Both the position numbers and the translations under genes were made by a program. This document shows, piece by piece, positions 24,001-32,820 of a DNA stretch of 64,000 nt. Origin of the DNA: an uncultured Candidatus Rokubacteria bacterium (GTDB lineage: Bacteria > Methylomirabilota > Methylomirabilia > Rokubacteriales > CSP1-6); assembly GCA_963789955.1 (NCBI GenBank), contig CAWBMV010000017.1:99716-163715 (forward strand), read 5' to 3'. The notes beneath the pieces were generated by a model. That model made no database searches, was not told the origin of the DNA, and worked only from the letters and a program-made list of their open reading frames with translations. Every line of letters begins with the position of its first letter. Position 1 is the stretch's first letter.

Positions 24001-25875
24001 GTGCCGTCACCTCCCCTTGAGCCCGGTTGGCTCCGGCCATTGTAACAGTCGGTGGACGGCTCCGGTTCCATCTCGATCGTCGGATGGAAGTGGTCGAAGA
24101 TCCGCTGGGCCAGCTTGGGGGTGACTTTCGGCACCGACGCCAGCTCCGCGACCGAGGATTCTCGCACCCGGCGCGCCGAGCCGAGCGTCTTGAGCAGGCT
24201 CGTGCGGATCGACGGCCCGATGCCCGGGATCGTGTCGAGCACGGACTGGATCGTCCGCTTCGTGCGGAGCTTCTTGTGATACGTGATCGCGAAGCGGTGA
24301 GCTTCGTCCCGGATCCGCTGCAAGGTGTGCAGCGCCGGCGACGTCGGATCGAGGACCAGCGGGTGGAGTCGCTCGGGCTGATAGACCTCTTCGGCCTGCT
24401 TCGCGAGCCCGACCGCCGGAATGTAGTCGAGCCCGAGATCCTGCAGCACCTTGAGCGCGGCGTTGAGCTGGCCGCGCCCGCCGTCGATCAGCACGAGGTC
24501 GGGGAGCACGCTGCCCTGCTCGAGGGCCTTCGCGAAGCGACGCGACAGCACCTCGGCCATCGAGGCGAAGTCGTCGGCGCCGGCAACGGTCCGGATCCGG
24601 AATCGCTTGTAGTCGTCCTTCTTCATGCCGCCGTTTTCCCAGACGACCATCGAGCCCACCTGCTCGGTCCCCTGGATGTTGGAGATGTCGTAGCCCTCGA
24701 TTCGGTTCGGGAGCCCCGGCAGGTCGAGCGCGCGCTGGAGCTCTTCGAGGACCAGCTGCTGGCGGTTGTCGCGGGAGAGCAGGCGGTTCTGGAGCGCGAT
24801 CGCCGCGTTCGCCTCGGCCATGGCGACGAACTGCCGCTTGCTGCCGCGCTGCGGCGCCAGCACCTGCACCCGCCGCTCGGAGAGCGTCGAAAGCCACTCG
24901 GTCGTGAGCTCGGCTTCCGGCAGCTCCTCCGACAGGAGGATCTCCGGCGCCGGAGTGACCGCCTTGCCGTAGAACTGGCGGACGAACGCCGAGAGGATCT
25001 CGCCGTCGCTCCAGCCGGCGACCTTGTCGAAGAAGAACGGCTCCTGGCCCACGAGCCGGCCCTTGCGCACGAAGAAGAGCTCGACGCACGCGTCACTGCC
25101 CTGGCGGACCACGCCGACGACGTCCTGGTCCACGTCGTCCGTCGAGATGATCTTCTGTCGCTCGCGGACCTTGTTGAGCGATTGGATCTGGTCGCGCAAC
25201 ACGGTCGCGCGCTCGAACTTCAGCTCGGCGGCCGCCGTCTTCCATCTCCTTGGTGAGCCGCCGGGCCAGCTCCTCGTCGCGCCCCTCCAGGAAGTGCGCG
25301 ACGTCCTCCACGGTCCGGGCGTAGCCTTCGCGCGTCTCCCAACCCGTGCAGGGCGCGTTGCAGCGATGGATCGCGTACTGGATGCACGGCCGCTCGAGCG
25401 AGCCGTCGATCGTGATCGAGCACGTGCGCAGCGGAAAGAGCTGGCGCGTCAGCCGCAAGGTCTCGCGCATGGCGGTGGCCGGATAGAACGGGCCGTAGTA
25501 GCGCGCGCCGTCGTGCTGGACCTTCCGGGCCACCACCAGACGCGGGAACTCTTCGTTCGTCGTCAGTTTCAGGAACGGGTAGTGCTTGTCATCGCGCAGG
25601 ATGATGTTGTAGCGGGGCCGGTGCCGCCGCACCAGGTTCGCCTCGAGCATGAGCGCCTCGAGCTCGTTGTCGGTCACGATGTACTCGAGGTCGCGAATCT
25701 GGCGGACGAGCGCGTCGGTCTTGGGGTCTCGCGGGCGCGACTCCTGGAAGTAGGACCGGACGCGGCTCCGCAGGGACGCCGCCTTGCCGACGTACAGGAC
25801 CTGCTGCTTGCCGTCCCGGTAGAGGTAGACCCCCGGCCGGTCGGGCACCCGGGCGATCTTCTCGTCGAGATCCAT
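23997..25875 (-). CDS. uvrC: Excinuclease ABC subunit C (frameshift near 25240)
   Basis: GIY-YIG PGVYLY...YVGKAASLRSRVRSYF; RIEGYDISN; PDLVLIDGGRGQ; RDEAHRFA; HhH domain. Confidence 0.95.
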
Positions 25876-25901
25876 ACCTTAGACTACCGCGCCGGCTCGG
25901 C

Positions 25902-27884
25902 TCACTTGATCTGCTGCTTGCGCAGTGACTTGAGGCGGTCGCGCAGCTCGGCCGCCTGCTCGAAGTCGAGGCGCTTGGCCGCCTCCTTCATCCGCGCCTC
26001 GAGCTCGCCGATGCGCGCCTGCAGCGCCGCCGGCGACTCGAACGTCTCGGCCGTCGCTTCCTCGACCGGCACCGTGTAGTAGTCGCGCTCGTAGACCGTC
26101 TGGAGCAGCTCGCGGATCGTGGACTTGATCGACTCCGGCGTGATGCCGTGCGCGTCGTTGTAGGCGCGCTGCAGCTCCCGTCTCCGCTCGGTCTCCTGGA
26201 TCGTCGCCGCCATCGAGTCCGTGACGTGGTCGGCGTACATGATGACCTCGCCGTTGACGTTACGGGCCGCCCGTCCGGAGGTCTGCATCAGCGAGGTCGC
26301 CGAGCGCAGATAGCCTTCCTTGTCCGCGTCCAGGATCGCCACCAGCGAGACCTCGGGAATGTCGAGTCCCTCGCGCAACAGATTGATGCCGATGAGGCCG
26401 TCGAACTTGCCCAGACGGAGATCGCGGATGACCGCGACCCGGTCCAGGGTGTCGATGTCGGAATGGAGATAGCGCACGCGGAGCCCGAGCTGCTGGTAGT
26501 ACTCGGTGAGATCCTCGGCCATCCGCTTGGTCAACGTGGTCACCAGGACCCGCTCGTCCCGGTCCGCGCGCGCGCGCAGCTCCGCGAGCAGGTCGTCGAC
26601 CTGATCCTTGGCCGGCCGCACCGTGATTCTCGGGTCGGTGAGCCCGGTCGGCCGGATCACCTGCTCGGCGAGCGCGTCGCCCGCGAGCTGGAGCTCGTAG
26701 GCCCCGGGTGTGGCCGAGACGTAGATCGTCTGGCCCGTGCGCCGCGTGAACTCGTCGAACGTCAGCGGCCGGTTGTCGAACGCGGACGGCATCCGGAAGC
26801 CGTACTCGACGAGCGCCTCCTTGCGTGAGCGGTCGCCGTAGTACATGCCGCGGATCTGCGGCACCGCGACGTGGCTCTCGTCGATGATGATCAGCGCGTC
26901 CTTCGGCAGGTAGTCGATCAGGGTCGGCGGGGCCTCGCCCGGGCGATGCCCGGTCAGATGTCGCGAGTAGTTCTCGATGCCGTGGCAGAAGCCGAGCTCG
27001 CGCAGCATCTCCATGTCGAAGATGGTGCGCTGCTCGAGCCGCTGCGCCTCGAGCAGGCGGTTCTTCTGGCGCAGGAACGCCAGCCGCTCGCCGAGCTCTT
27101 CCTGGATGGTCACGAACGCGCGCTCGAGCTGCGCCGCCTCGGTCACGTAGTGGCTCGCCGGATAGATGTGCACCCGATCGACGCGCTCGAGTACGGCGCC
27201 GCGCAGCGGATCGATTCGGGAGATCGCGTCGATCACGTCCCCGAAGAGCTCGACCCTGAGGGCGATCGACTCTTCGTTGGCCGGGAACACCTCGACCACG
27301 TCGCCGCGGACCCGGAAGGTCCCGCGATGGAAATCGTAGTCGTTGCGCTCGTACTGGACCGCGACCAGGCGCCGGATGATCTCGTCCCGATCCACCCGTT
27401 CGCCCTCGCCCAGCTCGATGTGGAGACCCTGATACGTGTCGGGCTCCCCGATGCCGTAGATGCACGAGACCGAGGCCACCACGAGGACGTCGCGCCGCTC
27501 CAGCAGCGACTTGGTCGCGGAGTGGCGCATCCGGTCGATCTCGTCGTTGACGAGGGCGTCCTTCTCGATGTACGTGTCCGACTGCGGGATGTAGGCCTCG
27601 GGCTGGTAATAGTCGTAGTACGACACGAAGTACTCGACCGCGTTCGACGGGAAGAAGGCCCGGAACTCGCTGAAGAGCTGGGCGGCCAGGGTCTTGTTGG
27701 GCGAGATGACCAGGGTCGGCCGGTCCACGCTCGCGACCACGTTGGCGATCGAGTAGGTCTTCCCCGAGCCGGTCACGCCGCGCAGCACCATGTGGCGGCG
27801 GCCCTCGCGCACGAAGCCCGTCAGCGCCGCGATGGCCTGCGGCTGGTCGCCGCGGGGCGAATACTCTGACGACAGCTGGAACAC
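25902..27884 (-). CDS. uvrB: Excinuclease ABC subunit B
   Basis: Motifs [32 protein letters not shown] and a C-terminal UVR domain. Confidence 0.98.
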   Translation of the reverse strand: MFQLSSEYSPRGDQPQAIAALTGFVREGRRHMVLRGVTGSGKTYSIANVVASVDRPTLVISPNKTLAAQLFSEFRAFFPSNAVEYFVSYYDYYQPEAYIPQSDTYIEKDALVNDEIDRMRHSATKSLLERRDVLVVASVSCIYGIGEPDTYQGLHIELGEGERVDRDEIIRRLVAVQYERNDYDFHRGTFRVRGDVVEVFPANEESIALRVELFGDVIDAISRIDPLRGAVLERVDRVHIYPASHYVTEAAQLERAFVTIQEELGERLAFLRQKNRLLEAQRLEQRTIFDMEMLRELGFCHGIENYSRHLTGHRPGEAPPTLIDYLPKDALIIIDESHVAVPQIRGMYYGDRSRKEALVEYGFRMPSAFDNRPLTFDEFTRRTGQTIYVSATPGAYELQLAGDALAEQVIRPTGLTDPRITVRPAKDQVDDLLAELRARADRDERVLVTTLTKRMAEDLTEYYQQLGLRVRYLHSDIDTLDRVAVIRDLRLGKFDGLIGINLLREGLDIPEVSLVAILDADKEGYLRSATSLMQTSGRAARNVNGEVIMYADHVTDSMAATIQETERRRELQRAYNDAHGITPESIKSTIRELLQTVYERDYYTVPVEEATAETFESPAALQARIGELEARMKEAAKRLDFEQAAELRDRLKSLRKQQIK

Positions 27885-27895
27885 GTCGGACTACG

Positions 27896-28426
27896 TCAGG
27901 AAGGCGTCGGAACCGCGAGGAGGTATTTTCGCCAGGAGTCCAGGAGCGAGTGCGCGTGCGGGTGCCGGAGCATGTGCGTCGAGAACACGAACTTGGGATG
28001 CACCGGCTCGCGGATCAGTCGCATCCCGACCTCGTCGGCGAGGCGGTTGCCTTTTCGCAGATTACAGCGCAGACAGGCCGCGACCACGTTCACCCAGCTC
28101 GTCTCACCCCCGCGCGAGCGCGGCACCACGTGGTCGACCGTCAGCCGCTCGCCGCGCCGGTTGCAGTACTGGCAGGTGTAGCCGTCACGCCTGAGGATGT
28201 TCTTCTTGTTGAACGCCACCCGATCCAGGAACGGCTTGCGGATGTACATGGCGAGCCGGATGACTGCGGGGAGCGCGAACGTGACCGAGGGCGACCGGAC
28301 CACGCGCGGCGAGGCTTCGACGGCTTCCGCCTTGCCGGCCAAGAGCAAGGTGATCGCACGGCGGGCGTTGGTGAAATGCAGAGGCTCAAAAGTGTAGTTG
28401 AGCACTAATACCGCAATTTCATCCAT
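27896..28426 (-). CDS. HNH endonuclease (McrA-like)
   Basis: VLVLNYTFEPL...RDGYTCQYC...TVDHVVPRSRGG...NVVAACLRCNLRKGN. Confidence 0.92.
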   Translation of the reverse strand: MDEIAVLVLNYTFEPLHFTNARRAITLLLAGKAEAVEASPRVVRSPSVTFALPAVIRLAMYIRKPFLDRVAFNKKNILRRDGYTCQYCNRRGERLTVDHVVPRSRGGETSWVNVVAACLRCNLRKGNRLADEVGMRLIREPVHPKFVFSTHMLRHPHAHSLLDSWRKYLLAVPTPS

Positions 28427-28438
28427 AGTTACCGAGTT

Positions 28439-28467
28439 AGTCTAGTCGCCGCGTCCCGGGGTGTCAA
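28439..28467 (-). promoter_or_regulatory. Sigma70 promoter TTGACA-17-TAGACT for HNH-uvrB
   Basis: Perfect -35 hexamer with a 17-bp spacer. Confidence 0.7.
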
Positions 28468-28468
28468 A

Positions 28469-29414
28469 TCACGGGGCCGAGCCTCGGACGAGCTGCCGGA
28501 AGAAGAACGCCAGGTTCGCCGGCCGCTCGGCGAGCCGTCGCATGAAGTAGCCGTACCAGTCCTCGCCGTAGGGCACCAGGACCCGCAGGCGGAGGCCCGC
28601 CGCGCGGAGCGGCCCGTGCAGGTCGTGGCGGATCCCGTAGAGCATCTGCAGCTCGTACCGGTCGGCGCCGACCCCTCCCTGCTTCGCGCGCCGCCCGGGC
28701 CCGGTCGAGCATCCGCTCGTCGTGAGTGGCGAACGCCGGATAGACGCCGCGCGCCAGCGCCTCGGCCGACAGCAGCCGGTCCGTCAACCCGGCGTAGCTC
28801 GCGTCGACGTCGCGCTTGTCGGGGAACGCGAGCTCCGGCGGCTCGCGATAGGCGCCCTTGCACAGGCGGACGGCCGCGCCGATCTCGATCAGCCGCTCGA
28901 CGTCCTGCGCCGTGCGGCGAAGGTAGGCCTGGACGACGCAGGCCAGGTTGGAATGCGTCGGGTGAAGAGCCCGGTAGAGCTCGAGCGTCCGGTCCGTGTA
29001 GGCCGAGGATTCCATGTCGACCCACACGAGCGTCCGGGTGGCGAGGCCTCGCGATGCCACCCGCTCGAGGTTCGCGCGGCACATCGGCTCGCCGAGATCC
29101 AGCCCGAGGTGCGTGAGCTTGAGCGACGGAACCGCTCGAAGGCGCCGGCGCGCGATCTCGTCGAGCATCCCGAGGTACGCGTCGGCCGCGTGGGCGGCAT
29201 CGTCGGCGGTCGCGACGTGTTCGCCGAGGTGAGTCACCGCGGCGTCGACGCCGTCGGCGTTCAGGCGCGCGACGACCCCGAGGGCATCCTCGAGCACCGG
29301 CCCGGCGACGAAGCGTCGGACGAACCGCCGCGCCGCCGGCAAGCGGTCCATCGCCTCACCGATCCGGCGATGCGTCGACAGCCTAAGAAGGATCGCCCGG
29401 CCGAGATCCGTCGT
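28469..29414 (-). CDS. Monofunctional proline dehydrogenase (frameshifts near 28685; start uncertain, first ATG at 29351)
   Basis: Motifs RRFVAG, SLKLTHLG, VDMESS, VQAYL, RLCKGAYREP, ATHDE, QMLYGIR, VPYGEDWYGYFMRRLAERPAN. Confidence 0.88.
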
Positions 29415-30336
29415 GCGCCTCGATCGCGTCCACGATGACGCCTTCGCGCAATCCGAATTCGCTGACTCGAAGCTCGTCGATGCCGATCTGATCCAGGGTG
29501 GCCATCACGATCGCCGTCCCGGGAATGATGAGATCGGCGCGGCCCGGCTCGAGGCATGGCAGCTCGGCCCGTTCTCCGACCGATAGCCCGCACAGCCGAC
29601 CCAGGAGTCGCTCGACCGTGGCGCGGCTCAGCACGTGCCCCTGCACGCGGTCCGGATCGTAGCGGAGGAGGCCCAGGTCGAGCGCCGCCAGCGCCGTCAC
29701 CGTTCCGGCCGTCCCGATCAGGTGCGCCACGCGGGCCGAGCGAATCGCTTCGGGAAGCTCGAGGCCGAGGCGGCGGCGTACCTCGTCGTAGAGCTCGCGA
29801 TAGAGCTTCGGATCGGCGATGCCGGGGAACGGAAACCGCTCGGCCAGCGGGACGACACCGAGGCGGAGGCTGATCATCGATCGGATCGCGTCACCCTCGG
29901 ACAGCACGTACTCGGTGCTCCCGCCGCCGATATCGAACGTCAGCACGAGACCCGACAAACGCCCCAGCCCGTGACCGACGCCGAGGAGCGTGAGGCGCGC
30001 CTCGACCTCGCCGCTGACCACGTTCACGCGCTGACCGGTGGCCTGCTCGACCGCGGCCGCGAAGGCGCGACCATTCGAGGCTTCGCGAACCGCGCTCGTG
30101 GCCACGATGCGGATCTCGCTCGCGCCGAGGCGCGCGCCGCGCGCGACGTAGTCGCGCACCGCCGCGAGCGTACGCGCCATCGGGGCATCGCCGAGCGCGC
30201 CGGTGCGCGCGAGGTTCTCCCCCAGGCGCGTGATGGTCTGGTCCTGGTCGGCGATGCGCCATTTCCCGCCGCCGATCACGTCGGCGACGAGCAGCCGCAC
30301 GGTGTTGCTGCCGACATCGATGGCGCCGAGGCGCAT
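29383..30336 (-). CDS. ppx: Ppx/GppA family exopolyphosphatase
   Basis: Motifs AIDVGSNTVRL, ATSAVREASN, DIGGGSTE, GRADLI, GLREG. Confidence 0.9.
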   Translation of the reverse strand: MRLGAIDVGSNTVRLLVADVIGGGKWRIADQDQTITRLGENLARTGALGDAPMARTLAAVRDYVARGARLGASEIRIVATSAVREASNGRAFAAAVEQATGQRVNVVSGEVEARLTLLGVGHGLGRLSGLVLTFDIGGGSTEYVLSEGDAIRSMISLRLGVVPLAERFPFPGIADPKLYRELYDEVRRRLGLELPEAIRSARVAHLIGTAGTVTALAALDLGLLRYDPDRVQGHVLSRATVERLLGRLCGLSVGERAELPCLEPGRADLIIPGTAIVMATLDQIGIDELRVSEFGLREGVIVDAIEAHDGSRPGDPS

Positions 30337-30401
30337 GGCCGAACGCGACGACGCCCCGCCGGGAGTGCCGGCGGGGCGTGTGGACATCTGAATGGGGTGG
30401 G

Positions 30402-30803
30402 TTACTTCCCCTTCAGGGTTCGAATGTAGTTCACGAGCTCCCAGCGCTCCTTCTCCGGGAGGTGCTTCCAGGGCGGCATGGCGCCGCGGCCGTTCGACAT
30501 CTTCCAGAAGATCTCGCCGTCGGTCTGCTTCTGGACGTTGGCCGACGTCCAGTTCGCCGGCTTCGGCGGAGGCAGCGCCGCGGCGGCCGGGCCGTCACCA
30601 TGGCCCGAAGCGCCGTGGCACGAGACGCAGTTGGTCTCGACGGCCTTCTTCGCGTTGCCGACACCCTTGACCGGATTCTTCAGCGCTTTTGCTTCTGGCG
30701 GCGCAACCCAGGGCCCCTGGGCCGAGACCACCACGGCGCCGGCCGAGACGACGAGAGTGATCGCGGCGACGGCGATTCCTACCGACTTCTCGAAGGCGCT
30801 CAT
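30402..30803 (-). CDS. Periplasmic monoheme cytochrome c
   Basis: Signal peptide, CVSCH, distal Met in GRGAMPPW. GAGGAGG RBS. Confidence 0.92.
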   Translation of the reverse strand: MSAFEKSVGIAVAAITLVVSAGAVVVSAQGPWVAPPEAKALKNPVKGVGNAKKAVETNCVSCHGASGHGDGPAAAALPPPKPANWTSANVQKQTDGEIFWKMSNGRGAMPPWKHLPEKERWELVNYIRTLKGK

Positions 30804-30823
30804 GAAGCCTCCTCTTCGAACGA

Positions 30824-30841
30824 TCGTGACGATCTTCACAA
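30824..30841 (-). promoter_or_regulatory. Rex/CRP-like palindrome TTGTGAAGATCGTCACGA upstream of the cytochrome c gene
   Basis: TGTGA-N6-TCAC arrangement located between a TTGACC...TTAAAT promoter and the RBS. Confidence 0.5.
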
Positions 30842-30878
30842 AAACAAAATCCATTTAACACTCCTACGACGAAAGAGG

Positions 30879-32710
30879 TCAAGCAGTTATTCGGCGATTT
30901 CGCATGGACGCCACCCAGCAGATCGTCGCGAGGGCGCCGTAGGCACCGGCGAGGTGCCCCGGAATCACCGAGGGCGGCGCCCAGGGCCAGAAGAGCGCGC
31001 CGCTGACCAGCGGCGAGTGGATCACTCCGAACAGCGCGGCGGCGCTCGCGACCACGAACAGGAGACCCGCGGTCACCAATTGGTGGTCGATGATGGCCGC
31101 CAGCGCCCAGCCCCACAGCACGGCGGTCAGGATGAATCCGTTGCCGAGCACGACGAGCGCTTGATAGGTCTGGCCGGCGTCCCCGCCGAGGGCCGTGGGC
31201 GCCACGCCCAGGGTGGCGAAGAGACTCCCCGTCTCGATCAGCACCACCGCCGCCACGACCGGGATGAAGGTCATCGCGACCGCCGCGCCGTGGCGCGGCG
31301 GCGTGGCCAGGAAGCCCTGGGCGGTGATCTCGAGCCCGACGAAGATGAGGATCGGCGCGATCGCGGCCTCGGGTAGCACCGCGACGAGGAGCGAGAGCAG
31401 ACCGGTCGCGGCCCCGGCGCCGATCACCAGGCCGGTGGCCAGGGTATAGCCCGCTCGCGCGCCCATCGCCTTGTACGCGGGATGACCGATGTAGGGCGTG
31501 TTCTGGACGACGCCGCCGCAGCTGCCGGCCAACGCGGTCGCGACCGCCTCGATGAGCAAGATGTCGCGGGTACGGTATTCGTCGCCGGCCGCCGCGGCGC
31601 TCTCGGTGTTGTCGATGCCGCCGATGATCGTCACGAGCGCGAACGGGAGCGCGATCGACAGATAGGGCAAGGTCTGCGGCAACGCCTCGAGCCAGCCGAA
31701 CGTCGGCCAGGGCAGCGAGAGGCGCAGCGGTCCCAGCGCGATCACACCGCTTGGCCCCAGATCGAGCGCCGCGCGCGCCCCAGAAGATCGCCGTGCCGGC
31801 GAGCACGGCGACAAATGCTCCGGGAAGCCCGAGCGGCATCCGCACCCGGCCGAACAGAGCGAGCAGCAACAGAATCAGCGCGACCAGGCCGACCAGCGGG
31901 TCACGGAGGATCTTCAAGGTCGGGAAGGAAAGCGATCAGGAGAATCGAGACTCCGCCGATCGATCCGAGCAGCGCGGCACGCGGCACGACCCGTCTGGCC
32001 CAGTCTCCGGCGAAGGCGAGTCCGAGCTTGGCAAGGCCGATGGCGATCGTCGCGGCCATGCCGACCTTCCACGCGAGCACCGGATCACCGGTCGCGAGCA
32101 TCACGGGACCGAGCACGCCGAACACCATCGCGAACAAGGTCGGCGTGTCGATCCCGAACGGCATCGCCGTGACGTCCTCACGGCCGCTCCGGCGCATGAG
32201 CCGCACCGCGAGCCACGTGTAGGCCAGATCGCCGAGGAGCACGCCGAGCGCCGTGCCCGGGACCATGCGCTGGAGCACCAGGTCCGCGGGGAACTTGAAG
32301 ACACCGATCAGCAGCGACGACAGGATGACGAGCTGGGTGATGTTGTCGAGGGCGAGGCCGAGGAACCCGTTCAGGTCCCCGGCCCGGATCCAGCGCGAGG
32401 AGCTAGGGTGTGCGGACGTCGGCGACGCCCCGGGTGGCGGGACGAGCTCACGGGCGAGCGCCTTGATCCGCTCCGCCAGGGTCGAGCACCAGGCGAGGCT
32501 TCCGCGGTTGTCGGCGACGTCGCGGAACTCGAACTCGAGCGCCGGCCCGAGGTGATGGAGGAAGCTCAGTCGCGCGCCGTACGACTTTCCTTCACGCTCG
32601 TCCCCGGCGTCCAGGATGACCTCGAAGCGGGGATCGACGCGCTTGGCGTGCGCGGTCAGGAAATTCCAGAGCCAGCGGGCGACTTCCGGGTAGGTCCCGC
32701 CTGAAAACAC
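30879..32710 (-). CDS. NCS2/AzgA-like nucleobase permease with an extra N-terminal region (frameshifts near 31915 and 31775)
   Basis: Motifs GDLNGFLGLALDN, TAMPFGIDTP, IDNTESAAAAGDEY, TPYIGHPAYKAMGARAGY; many TM helices. Confidence 0.8.
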
Positions 32711-32779
32711 AGCGGCGATTCTAGCACCGGGAGATCGACGCGATCATCCCGGGAGGCGCGCTCTCAACTCGTCTGAATC

Positions 32780-32808
32780 ATGGAGGGGCCGGCAACCGGC
32801 CCCTCCAT
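32780..32808. terminator. 13-bp perfect hairpin downstream of nrdJ
   Basis: ATGGAGGGGCCGG-CAA-CCGGCCCCTCCAT, 12 bp after the nrdJ stop; weak U-tract. Confidence 0.55.
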
Positions 32809-32820
32809 CTGGGTGGCTGA

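Noticed and set aside
27896..28426. HNH as Cas9/IscB or group II intron protein
   Set aside because: Only 176 aa, with no RuvC or RT motifs and no adjacent array or ncRNA.
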